Part shown: positions 13,551 to 25,428 of the stretch, piece by piece
How the letters are laid out: every line of letters starts with the position of its first letter
Position numbering within the stretch: the first letter of the stretch is position 1
Assembly: GCA_028023455.1 (NCBI GenBank)
Contig: JAQFVV010000005.1
Span: 13,392,001-13,456,000 of the forward strand
Direction: 5' to 3'
Source of the DNA: Epiperipatus broadwayi
Lineage: Eukaryota > Animalia > Onychophora
DNA length: 64,000 nt
The notes under the pieces: model-generated
The model's database searches: none
What the model saw: only the letters and a program-made list of their open reading frames with translations
Told to the model about the DNA's origin: nothing
Made by a program: the position numbers and the translations under genes

Positions 13551-16484
13551 TTTAGCGGCAGCCATGTCTGCTTTAAAGATTAATATTCTTCTTTATCTTC
13601 CACATTTTGATTTTATTAATAAATATAATTAATAACTCCTTTCAAAGCAACATATTATTTTTACAACTAGTTTTGCTTTCGCATAGGCAATTAAATACAT
13701 ATCACCGCATAAAAAATAATATATTATACAATAACTATCTGAAAACATAAATAATTATTTTAATTACAATTATACAAAATATTATATATAACTTTTAATT
13801 AAAACAAAAAACAAATTTAAAATTAAATATAATTATAAAGGTATATGTCATATTTTGTATAATTATAATTAAAATAAGAATTTTTTTTTATAGCTAAAAT
13901 GGTGGTATATTTTTAATATAATCATGTGTATTTAAATATTTTTGTATTATAGTGTGAATAAAAGGAGTTATTAATTGTATTAAAGAACTATGTGTACACA
14001 ATGTTTATAAATCAATAACATCTTTAAATTTCAATTTCATGAGATTTTAATATTTTTCTGCTCTAATTGTAAAAAAAATATATAATAATTTGGATGACAA
14101 AATTAAAAAGGAAATCTATTTCAACAACAGCTTTTCTCTTCTTTTTATATTTATACAAACATAAATAATATTTGAAATACAGATACTCTTCATAACCGGG
14201 AGCCTCATTGTAAATATTAAATAAAACAAATTAATGTATTTGAAATAATGAGTTAACTAAGCTCCCTTTAGCTACATATAATTACATAACCCCCCCCACT
14301 TTGTTAACAAATTGTTTATTTCTTTTTAGTTTGTTGACATTAAGTCGGTGAAGATAATAGCTATTCATAGCTAAAGGAAGTTTTTTTCAGACATAGTAGA
14401 TTTGTAATTATTTGACTTCTAAAATTGATTATCAACACAAAGATTATTAAAAAGTGAGATATCCTTTGAATAATTTAATTTGAATATCATGTTAAATAAT
14501 GTCATTTTATCATCTCCCTTAAATATTATATACAATCCTAAATTTCATCATGGTTGGCAAATTCATCTGTGAAAGCACAAAAAACAGATAGTCCATTTTA
14601 TTTCTTTATAGTTTGTTAATGTTAAATAGTGACTTCACATAGTTAACCAGAGATAGAGGAAGTTTAATTCCTATATTTTTTTATACAAACAGTATCATAA
14701 CTATTTTAGAATGCTTTCTCTAATTATATATATATATATATAATCCATTATTTTTGGGAATAAATATATTATAACCTCAAAAGATGTCTGAACCCAAACA
14801 TTTATCAAAGGCACATTTTTTTAAAACTAATTTTTAACTATAAAGCAAGAACGAGAGGTTCTCAAGATTTTGCGATCAACAAAAGCAAAAGGCAAGTGAT
14901 TGAGACAAATGTTCTATGTAGAAGTGCATTTACCAAAGTAACTTGCAATGCATATATGTTCTATTCTATGTTAATACTATTTAATCACTAAACATCACAT
15001 GACCACTATTTCTTATGCTTGCACATAACTGTTATTAACACAGATATTGATTACTCTGGCTGGCACTGAGTGGCACTGCTGTATGGATAATTTTGCCTGT
15101 GTTAATACTATTTAATGTTAAATTAATAAATTTCTCAGGATATTTCTGCATGTGTGTGATGCTATTATTAATACATTTTGAACAAGTATTTTCTAACATA
15201 TTTCTTGCTCAAATAACTAATCAAGTATAAATTAAACTGTGTTTAAACTATGACTAGCAATTTTAAAATAATGTTAACTAATGATTTATCTCAGATTTAT
15301 GAATCAATTGTAGTCATTTACATAAAATAAGAAAACAAATGTATGATGTAATGTTTAGGGTATAATAGATGTAAAGGGAATTTTATGTACATCATCTTAT
15401 CCTATATCTTTGTATTTCAATTAGCAACAACAATAATAATGAAGTATCAGATCCAAATAAATTTATTTGTAATCTAATATTTAAAAATATGACCTTTATT
15501 TGTAAATATGCTGCAGCAATGGTTTTAATAATGACAAAACAGAAGTATTAAAATTAACAATTGCTTTATTATAAAATATAAAAATAAATTATGAACGAAT
15601 AATAACAAATGTAATTAATTATAAAAATTCTACAAAACAACCAATAAATACTATTTGTTCTCTTAGTTTAATCTAAGCTTGAGATATGAAAGTGTGTAAT
15701 CCTACAGCATTGCAAACACATTAATAGTCCATTGGATAAGTTGCATATTATTTAAACAAATTCTCAACTTAAATACTGAAGGATATTAATAATATTTATA
15801 ATAATTTGTTCTCAATAACTAAACAACCCCATTTAATAACACTGGATAAAACAAATTAAATTATTTGCTTAGCACCCCTAAATATTTAAAATATATAGTT
15901 TATTTATTATATCTTAATATCCTTTATTGGATTCGTTTGTTAAGTTACTATTGTAACGGAATATAATATCCCGTCACATTATTTTAAAATTAAAATAAAA
16001 GACCATAAATAAAAATTGATTTATTAAAAAGAAAAAAAAAAACTTAATTTAAAAACTGTTTAACGTATATATAGATCGCATGATGGACAACTTTAAAAAC
16101 TTTTAAAAAATAAAAATATTTGAAAGTAATTTTTTTTGTAAAAAGTAAAGATATAAAGATTGATATTTTAAAAATAGAAATAATGTTTTTGTTTTTTTTT
16201 TTATCAAGAAATTTATTTAACACAAAATATACATAGTATTATGATATACAGGATAACAGGTTAAGCTTGGTTAAAAGGTTAAGAGTTCTCATGCATGTAT
16301 TATTATGTGGACATTGGTCTATCTTGTACAACTTTGTATTGATAGTGGTTGCAGTATTTCAATTGAACGACACTGTGTTTCTGCAACAGGTTGATGCTTA
16401 GAGTGACCATAGAATATTTATAGGGATGATAAATATATTGCTTTTTGATGGTGGGTTTGATGTGGGTTTGTTGTAGTGTTTGCA

Positions 16485-19400
16485 TTATTGTTGTATCGGA
16501 ACTTCAAACAGTCTCCATGTCTCAAAGAAGGCCATAGAGGTAGAAAGGATTTCATCCCTTTTTTTGATATTGTTGATGATGTTAATGAAGAGTTGAAGAG
16601 GATTTAAATGAGCTCCTTCAAAGGCTAGCTTGCAGCGGACGGACCAGATGGAAAAGGTGAGGAATGTGGATAGTCTTATCCATGCAAATATTTTTGTGCC
16701 AAGGCAGTGCTGGATTGAGTTAATTATTTGAAAGTTGATCTTTGAGTTTGTGTGGATTAATTGTCTGATACTGTTGAGATTGGGGCAGATGTTTAAAATG
16801 TGCTCAAATGTCTCTGATTCCCGGCCACAGAGTTGGCATAGTGGGTCAATGTTATTGAATCCTCTTCTGTTTACCAAAAACCATTTAGTTGGTAGGGCAT
16901 CAAGATTTATTTTAATTATGAAGTCCAGGAATTTTGCTTCGAGGCTCCAAAATTTAAACTGTGATATGATTTTCTTGTTGGATAAGTTAAGTCTGGAAAT
17001 AGGAGAATATGTTTGAGGATGCTGTAGATTATATGCATCCCAGTATTTCATTTTGGAAGAATAAGCAGTTGCAGGACAGTTGTAAAGGCATTGAGAAGCA
17101 GAGGTTAAGGATGATATCCAATCCTGTTTGAGAGGTGGCGGTCGGTCGGTGGGGTCAACTGGCATATAGACTTGGAAGTTGTCAAAAATAAGGGTTAATT
17201 TATGAATAAGATTGTGGATTTTTGGAGAGAGCGTGTATAGGGGGAGTGGAGTGAAAGACCATTCAGCCAGCAGGGACGGCGCATGCCTTCTAGACTGATG
17301 GCAACAGTTTTCCCACCCCAGAACAACCTAGAGCAAAGTGAGTTAATTTTACTGACAAAGATTTTGGTAGGTTTAATAACTGGGAGGTAATAATTAATTT
17401 TGGGGAAAAGGACCATGTTGAGTAAGGCCACCTTCCCATGAAGTGAAAGGTAAACCTTAGCAAGTGATGTTGTTATTTTGCTGGCAGATTTTAATATTTC
17501 ATTTTGTATTTGTGATGTGATGATAGTAGGTGGTTTGTGAAAGGAAATACCTAGGAAATTCTGTGGTTGTCCAAGGAAGTTAGTTGTAATCTTCTTCCCT
17601 GTAGCAATTCTCCATGCAGATGATTTTTGAAGATTGAAGGAAAGTTTATATTGGTGAGTGTAGTCATTTAAAATTTTGTTGAGATGACCAAGATATTTTT
17701 GTGATGGCAAGACTATGAAGACATCATCCATATATGCGAGGATTCCTATCTCCCTCTTTAGTCTGGGAATGTAGACTCCTGGAAGTTGTCTTTGAATGTC
17801 TAACAGGAGTGGATTGATGTAAGCAATGAAAAGAATCGCACTAAGAGGAGATCCTTGTGGAATTGAATGTGATGGTTTGAAACTGTCAGTGGTTCTTCCA
17901 TCTAAGGATATCAATATGTGTCTGTTTCTAAGAAGATTACTTATGATTTGGAGGTATGGCTTGGGTACCGCATAGTCAGCCAGAGTTTTAAGCAGGAGGT
18001 TGATCCTGACTGAATCAAATGCGGCAGCTATGTCCAATTGAACAGCAATTGGTTTAGATTTCCTGTTTGTTCTTAAGTGATCAACTAGGGATTTAACTTG
18101 GGCCATAGCTAGGGTTGATGAGCCTTTTTTGGCGAACTGGGATGGAGAAATGTATTTGAGAATACCTTCTTGAATGATATCTTTTATAGTGGATTCAATG
18201 ATTTTTATAATTAGAGGGGACATTGAGATGGGTCGAAGACTCATGAGCTCCGATGGCGGTTTATTTTTCTTAAGAAAGGGTACCATGGCAATCGGGTAAA
18301 GATTGGGGATAATTTTGTTTCCATCTGTTAGGTGGTCTATCATTCTATGGATAATTGGTATTGAAAATTTGCTGAGGTGGGCTAGAATGAAGCGTGGAAT
18401 GCCATGAAGCCCAGGATGAATTCGATCCCTAAGGGATGTGATTTTGTTTTGTAGCATGGATTCCATTATGCAATGCATGTCTGGAACTTCTTCATTTTTC
18501 CATATAGTGAGTGGTGTTTCAGGATCTTTTTGAAGAATTTCCTGGAAGTGATGCTTAATGCCTTCCAACATTTGTTGACCAATCCAGGATTCCCCATTTG
18601 AAATAATTATTGAGGGTGTATTTTTTATTCTTGATGTTCCAAGAGCCCAGCAAATGTAACCACGGGTCCAGCAATGTTGAGATTCAAGGAACAATTTTGC
18701 TCTCTTGATGGATAGGTATTCTGCTAGATTTTCCTGTTGTGTTTTGTATTTCAATTTTAAGGAAATAATATCTTTAATGTTGTCTGTGTTACTTGGAATT
18801 TCTTTAAGTTTGGAGCTTATGTTTTGTAAATCATTAAGCAATTTAACTGGACCTTTCAGCTTTCGTGTGTAGTTACTTATGAGTGATTGTATGACTTCAA
18901 TAAATGCAAACCATGCAACTTCAATGGGTTGTGATAGAATGTCAATTTTTTTGAAGTAAATGTAGGACTCTGAGATGATAGCTTCAGTCGCTGTTGTGCG
19001 GGTTATCATGCGGAGAGTTTGGCGACTGTATTCTCCAGTGTAAAGTGTCTTGTCAGGAAGAAGTTTAATAATTTGTGCAAGGTGGTCTGAGTATGTTACC
19101 AGTTGAAGCTGTGCTTCAATTTGGAAGTGCAATTCTGGTGAATAGTAGAAAAGATCTATGAGACTTTTACAGCTTTGTGTGTAGAAGGAGAAGGATCCCG
19201 GGGGCAGAAATCCCTCACCACACATGAGAGTTTTATTGATTAGGTGTAAGTATTTATTGTTGAAGTGGGCATAGTTCACATTGAAGTCACCTAGGAGAAG
19301 TGAAGGTGATGAGTTGGAGTATAGTACCATATTTATTGTATGTATGATGTGATGAAAATTATTGACTGTGTTTTGAATATAAATGAACAGGATGTTGAAG

Positions 19401-19578
19401 ATGAAGCCACTGTAGTTAACTTTGATTATGACTATGTTACCATCTAAGTATAAAATGTTGAAATCATTAGGTGGTTTATTTTTGTTAATGATGAAACCTA
19501 CCCCTCCGGAAGCAGTGGTGGCAATGGAGAGGGTGAGGTAATAGTGGTGTTGTGTTGCATCTGTGTTGGTTTGGTATC
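16485..19578 (-). pseudogene. ORF2: APE endonuclease, reverse transcriptase and C-terminal Cys/His finger (frameshifted near 17165-17195)
   Basis: Endonuclease: SGGVGFII, LLGDFN, LIDLF, SDH. RT: LRPISM, LDIAAAFDSV, IPQGSPLSAILF, YMDD, FLGI. C-terminus: CQLCGRESETFEHILNIC. Track ORFs 17195-19330 and 16485-17165. Confidence 0.9.
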
Positions 19579-21478
19579 AGGATGAGCCAGTTCTGGTGAT
19601 TTGAGGCATTTGAATGTCAGTAACACAGTTAGTGTTTTTGGAATCTGAGCTTGGTTGAAGTGTTTTTGTTAAGGATGAATTTTGATTTGTTTCTGTGTTA
19701 TGTAGTATCTTGTTGGAAAAAGTGTTCTCAGTGTGTAGAGAGTCAAGTTGAATTAAATTATCTGTGATAATCCTGTTGGAGGTTTTTTCTGGTTGTTTTT
19801 TTGTTGCATTTATGTGTTTTGTTCTTCATGAGTCCACAGGTTTTACAGATCCGGGCCAAGCAGTCTTTAATTAAGTGTGTGCGTTCAAAGCAGTGAAAGC
19901 ACTGGGGTGGGACTCCGCGAAGTGAGAGTACCATAGGGGATCCACGCGAACGAACAACTGTTGGGATGTCTGTGGAGTTTATCCCCTTATTTAAGGTAAT
20001 AGTGAATGAGGCCATGTTAGATTGAATGTGGTTTTTTGTATACGGATTAAACCAGTATTGGAAATTGCTTATTTTACCATAGTTTTTTAAGATGGATTGA
20101 AGTTCGGCATGGTCAAAATTTAGTAAACAGTCTTTGATGATTCCTTGAAGAGTGGTGGGTCTATTGTTATCGATGGTGATGATGTATTTATCATCAAGTA
20201 TTTTAATTGTATTTCTGAATGTGTTTCTATCACCCCATGTCTTAAATTCAGTGATAATATATCTGTCATTGGGATGTGAGAGAATTCTGTTGATACCCAT
20301 TTCTATTTTTTTCTCTATTATCATTTTGGAGAATTTTTCCAGAGGGAATTTGAAAGAATTACACGACGCTCTTCCAGTAGTTGTTAAAATAAGCGTTTTA
20401 TCGTTTGTATAGTTAGCAAACGATTTAAGTAATTTTTCAGGAATAGAGTTGTTAAATTTTATATGAATATTTTGATATGCTTCATCATTATCTTGAGTTA
20501 TGTTTGAATTCTGAAGGTTACTTGTATTTTGTGTTGCTTCATCAGTATCAAAATCTATATAACTAAGGAATGAGCTACCGTCTTGTTTGATATTCATTTC
20601 AGACTGCATCGGAATAGCATTCATATTTTGAACTGCTTCTGCATATGATCTTTGGAAACTGGATGAGTTTTGGTTTCTATTCTTATCTTTACTTAAATTA
20701 TGATGTGTAAAGTGTGTTTTGGGTGTTTTGAAATTACTTTCTGTTTCATCAGTACAACGTTCATTACAATCAAATCGCTTTTTAACAGTGAAATTAACTG
20801 TTTGATTTTCAGATATTTCGATTTCATTTCTACTGTTGCTGTGTATATTTTGATTTGTACTTTTATATTTTGTAATATTATGATTTGCTTGATGTAAATC
20901 AGTTATTTCAATTTGGTTAGAAATTTATTTTCTTTAGTAGAAGGTCCGTTGTAAATATCTTTATAATTTACGTTATTTTTTGGTTTTGGCCCTCTTGTTT
21001 TTTTAAAACTTTTATCCCTAACATTTAAAGTTCACGATCTCTTACTTCCTGACACTTCTAAAAGTTGTGTTTTACCCTGATGATTATGATTTTTTTGTTC
21101 TGAATCTAATACTGTTGTTTGAATTGCTCTAGGATTTGAAATAAGTTTCTTATGGTTAAAAGAGTCTTCATGTAAAAAGCTTTTATCAGCCTCTTGTGGA
21201 TTTTTAAGAAATTCTCCAGTATTTACGTTAGTTTCAATGTAAGTATTGGCTTTTTTAAATTCAGATTTCTCTGTAGCTTTATGTAGATTGTTACTAGGAT
21301 TGTATTTACATGTTTTAGTAGGTTTTTTATTGATTATTTGGTTTTCATTAGCGTTTGATAACGATTTGGAAATTACATCAGAATGATTGTTTTCACCGCT
21401 ATCAGTCGATATAGGACTAATAGCGGTTTCAGATAATAGCTTGCCAATGGCAGATTTAGGGTTTTTATGCCCATCCAT
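19579..21478 (-). pseudogene. ORF1 (gag-like nucleic-acid-binding protein), disrupted
   Basis: Track ORFs 21032-21478 and 19758-20624 are joined by low-complexity coding sequence containing SYAEAV. There is a zinc knuckle CFHCFERTHLIKDC (CX2CX4HX4C). Disruptions: a stop at 21032, a frameshift near 20920 and another at an A-run near 19800. Confidence 0.75.
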
Positions 21479-21605
21479 GCTTAGAAATTAATTGTAAAAG
21501 CACTTACCAACTGTTTCGTGTTGGATTCTCCACTCCAACTCCCCTTAAACTTGAAATTTCTTGAATTTTTGTAACTCTTGATGCACTGTGATGCTGAACA
21601 CTTAT

Positions 21606-21618
21606 CGCCATCTAGTGG
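21606..21618 (-). promoter_or_regulatory. CCACTAGATGGCG at the LINE 5' end (CTCF-consensus match containing a YY1/Pho-like AGATGGCG core)
   Basis: The motif begins 6 bp inside the TSD-defined 5' end. Binding is not demonstrated. Confidence 0.45.
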
Positions 21619-22540
21619 CCTCAAAGAAATAATGTTGATTTCTATAGTCTTAGAAAATGGAAATGATTGTCTTATTAATTAAATGATTGTTCAAAAGCAA
21701 ACTACCTCGTGAGGCATGTAAAATAAATTAAATGATCAGATAAGAGAATACAAAGGAATTAAATGACCAATGCAAACACGAAAATGACAGCACGGACCAT
21801 AACTGAAACACGAATGGATTAGTGACGTCTTGCTCGTTGAATCTCAAGATCTCATGATAAGAGACTAATAAAAATATAAAAGCCAAATTATTAATATAAT
21901 TGTTATCTGAGAGCTGACTATGAATATGTCGTTATAACTAGCTATATTGCAGATTTTCACGATGTGGAAGTCTGCAATAAAATTAGATTTTCCAGACAAC
22001 CAGCTGAGATTTCCCTATGCCAGTTAGGGACCAAAAAGGAATGGCAAGTGGCGGCTTCGTTTTTAAAAAGGAAGAACAAACAATCTATATAAGTGATCAC
22101 GAAGATGGACCTCAGAATCTGTAAAGTATAAACTTTTGCCAATTGAACTTTCTTTTAAATAATTACCGTATAACATCAATAAGTAATCAATCCAAAAAAA
22201 AAAGTAATATAAATGAATGTACTCTTATCTGACCAAGAATAGAACTCTAAATCAATTATAAATATTTGTTTTTATATACGTTTGCTATTTCAATCATTTC
22301 CATTTTTTTAATTTAATTATTTATGTTTGTGTTTAACTAGGTTATTTATTTCTATCTGTTAAATAAAATGTATTAAATTAAAGTTGGGTGTAGATAGCTG
22401 CATGGATAAAGAGTAATAACTGTTTAAATTCGTTTATGTTTAATTTAAAGGATTTTAGTGTCAGGCTATTTGTTTCGTAGTTAGGGCAATGCTTGTGGAA
22501 GGATATATGGGTGTTTATATTAATGTAATGTGAAGCGTGT

Positions 22541-22704
22541 TTAGCATACAGGGCAACGTGCCCAACTGAATGCATGACCCCAAAGAGGCAGTAATATCGT
22601 TGAAATAGTGGCAGATGTATTTCCTGCGCCATTGACCCCTTCTAGCTCTATGGACAGGGATTTATAAGACGGCAGAAAGACCGCTTTCCCCCATACGTAG
22701 CACT
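22541..22704 (-). CDS. Candidate terminal coding exon of an unidentified gene (alternative to a plus-strand reading)
   Basis: A T-rich acceptor (ttttttttattttaaag) precedes an open, GC/CpG-rich frame ECYVWGKAVFLPSY...WARCPVC*. No homology recognised. Confidence 0.25.
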
Positions 22705-23674
22705 CTTTAAAATAAAAAAAAATTATATACATGATTCCTTAGTCTAACAGATGCCCTTTCCTGATCTAGACATGGATCATTTCCTTCAAATAATATCACG
22801 CCATCAGATGCCCATTCCTGTCGGCGTGGTTTTATGCTAGCATCTTCATATTGCATTGGTTGCAAATATATATCTGGAAGCTGACATTGGGTTGGCTACG
22901 AACTTTTAGTCTGAGACTGAACGAATGTTTTGATAAGTTTTAAGTGAAAAAAAATCTATGTAGACTATCTATGCTCGTCATGCTAAAGTAAAATATAATT
23001 TAAATATCCATCTGTGCGATCTATTGAAAATAGTAATTTAAATTTAAAAAAAAAATATTAATGTTAAAACCTAAAAATAAATTTATTCCTCAATTTTAAA
23101 TGTGCGTTAATAAAAATCTATTTGTGTGTTAATTACTGGCAGTGGCTTATTTTATTTTATTGTTATATATATACTTTGAGAATAGAAATCTATTGAAACT
23201 TATAAATGTTTAAAATCTCTGCTACTCTATGAGCTAGTGACCTTGGGCAAACGATCGGAATCCAAATATATAAATTAAAATAAAAAAAATTTTTTTTTAA
23301 ACTTAACGTACCTGCCTACTATATAAATTTTCTAGGTTCAAATGCCTAGTGGCGCCCTGTAGTGCAGATTACGTGAAGTCTCCTTCTCCCCCGATCGTTA
23401 AACTATATTATATAAAGGTTTAATAATTTGTTAGATGAAAAATTCTACTAACAAAATATAATTCATATCATTAGGATGCTATATTGCATACTATAGCATT
23501 TAAAAAATTAATACAAACTTATAGGATCTATGCATAAAATATTCCTTATAGACCTAATTATCTAACTAAGGATGATTAACTCCTTATAAATATGAGGTTG
23601 GAACTTAAGAATCAATAAAACATATAATAAATTCAGTATAACAAATTTTATATAAGTTTAAAAGTTAGTTACAG

Positions 23675-24531
23675 TAATCCAACCTGATCCCAACATAAAA
23701 CATATATTTAACAATACCCAATATCATAAATGATAACTTTATAAAATTGTTACCTGTAAATTCATATAATAATATTTAGAGAACTTTAATATTTCTTTAT
23801 TACACTATTAATAGTAACTCTAACTAAATAAGAAGAAATTATAATAAAGTTGACTAAGTAATCCATTGGTTTATATTCCAATGCTTATAAACGATTAAAA
23901 TTTATCTCATGAAAATATTTACACTTTTATAATATTAGTGTTTTTGGGAATTCATGAAAACATCCCAATAAAAACATCATAGATTTTATTAAGCACAATT
24001 AAATTTCTTTTGTAAATTTAATCCTCACTGGAACTTAATATAAGATTAATAAAACTCAATTAAGCACATTTGTTAATCCATTGTTGGTTATATTTTAACA
24101 CATTAATCCATTTTAGGACTTATTGATAAATTTGACTTTTATAATATTGAATATTTTACATTTATAATCTATAATCCATTTCTTCAAATACTGGAGGTAA
24201 ATCATAGTTGATTATATGAAGGAGAAGCAATTTAATCCATTTAAAAAACATTATAACTTTATATCCAAATGATTGGCATTTATTACTCCTTTCATTAAAA
24301 ATGTTTTATTAATCTACTAGTTTATAGACATTTAATCCATTGCCACATATAGTTCAGGTCATTTTATATTATATATGACCAAGCAATAGACTATAATCCA
24401 GAAATGTATTGATTCCATTGATTTTAATTAAACTTCAGCATTTCATCAAGCTATGAAGTTTATGACTGTATATTTGAGCTGAAACATATTACATAAAGTT
24501 TTTCTTTCAATAATTCATGACAAAATAATCC
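23675..24531 (+). repeat. Degenerate tandem array carrying 10 same-strand TAATCC motifs
   Basis: TAATCC at 23675, 23859, 24019, 24074, 24104, 24172, 24233, 24333, 24394 and 24526, mostly as TAATCCATT. Confidence 0.7.
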
Positions 24532-25211
24532 ATAATATTGAGACAAGATATTCACATTTTTTTATTATTTTAAATGAAGATATAAGTAACTTCATTGAAG
24601 TTATTAGACATATTTTATATGGATATCAGCTATTTCATCATTACCTTAAAATGAAAAGACCAGCGATTTGATTAAAATTATTAGGCATATCCCATGAGTA
24701 AATTTATAGTTTCCATAATAGTTGACTGCAATAAATGAAATTTTTTTGAAATAATATTCAGTGATAATTTCTTGTTTATTTGTTATTTTTTTCTTAGTCT
24801 GAGAAGAAGACATTTTTGCTAAGTTAAGGCAAAATGCCTAGGTGAGATGATTTTTTTCGACCATGGTGATGAGGGTAAGCAAAACGACTATTTTAAAGTT
24901 TTAATTTGCCTATATTTTGAATGCACTAAAATTTTGTGAAGACTAACTGGTTTTTCCCAGCACCAATATTTATACTTTTCCATCAGCTAATGTCTGGATT
25001 AGCTCATATTTCCCATTATGCATTGGTGTTTCCTTATTTTTATTAAAAAATTTAGAAAAATCATCAAGGTTATGGAAAATGTAGATGATAAACAGTGTCT
25101 GATTTTAGAATTAACACAATTTTCCATTAAAATGAATAATAATAATAATAACAACAACATCATACATAAAATATAGAAGCTATTTGTTCTACAACCTTAA
25201 GCAAATGTATG

Positions 25212-25428
25212 TGATAATATGTTGGACTATTTTCATCATCTTTCATTAAATGTTGAATGTATAGAAAATTTAAAACTTGATTTAAACTTTTCAAATACAA
25301 ACAACTTGTTAATAATAACTCACAAATATACAACACATGTTTAGTAATTATATAATGTTTTGAGTAGTAGTATTCTTCACACTTCTTCAGGTGTTGCTGG
25401 CCTGACCAGTGACAATATTAACAAACTT
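25212..25428. repeat. Dispersed repeat shared with 37530-37722 (probably the 3' part of a hAT derivative)
   Basis: Shared blocks ttggactattttcatcat, tgaatgt..agaaaa and cttcttcaggtgttg...cagtgaca in the same orientation. Confidence 0.65.

Larger units (their letters stand above)
16188..21624 (-). mobile_element. Full-length L1/Tx1-like non-LTR retrotransposon
   Basis: A 12-bp direct repeat AGAAATAATGTT lies at 16176-16187 and 21625-21636 (TSD). The T11 run at 16192-16202 is the poly(A) tail, with AATAAA just upstream on the minus strand. ORF1 and ORF2 lie inside. Confidence 0.92.

Noticed and set aside
16176-16187. Sequence-specific Tx1 target (snRNA, tRNA or microsatellite)
   Set aside because: The reconstructed target is ordinary AT-rich DNA with no recognisable RNA gene or repeat.
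16735-20897. Plus-strand ORFs 16735-17016, 20152-20412 and 20700-20897 as genes
   Set aside because: They are antisense shadows of the LINE ORFs with no independent motifs.
21480-21510. Intron in the LINE 5' UTR (gtaagt...ttctaag on the minus strand)
   Set aside because: At about 28 nt it is too short for a typical spliceosomal intron.
22729-22775. SECIS element supporting selenocysteine at the TGA at 22575
   Set aside because: ATGA-N11-AA-N15-GA spacing is present, but both helix II strands are pyrimidine-rich and cannot pair.
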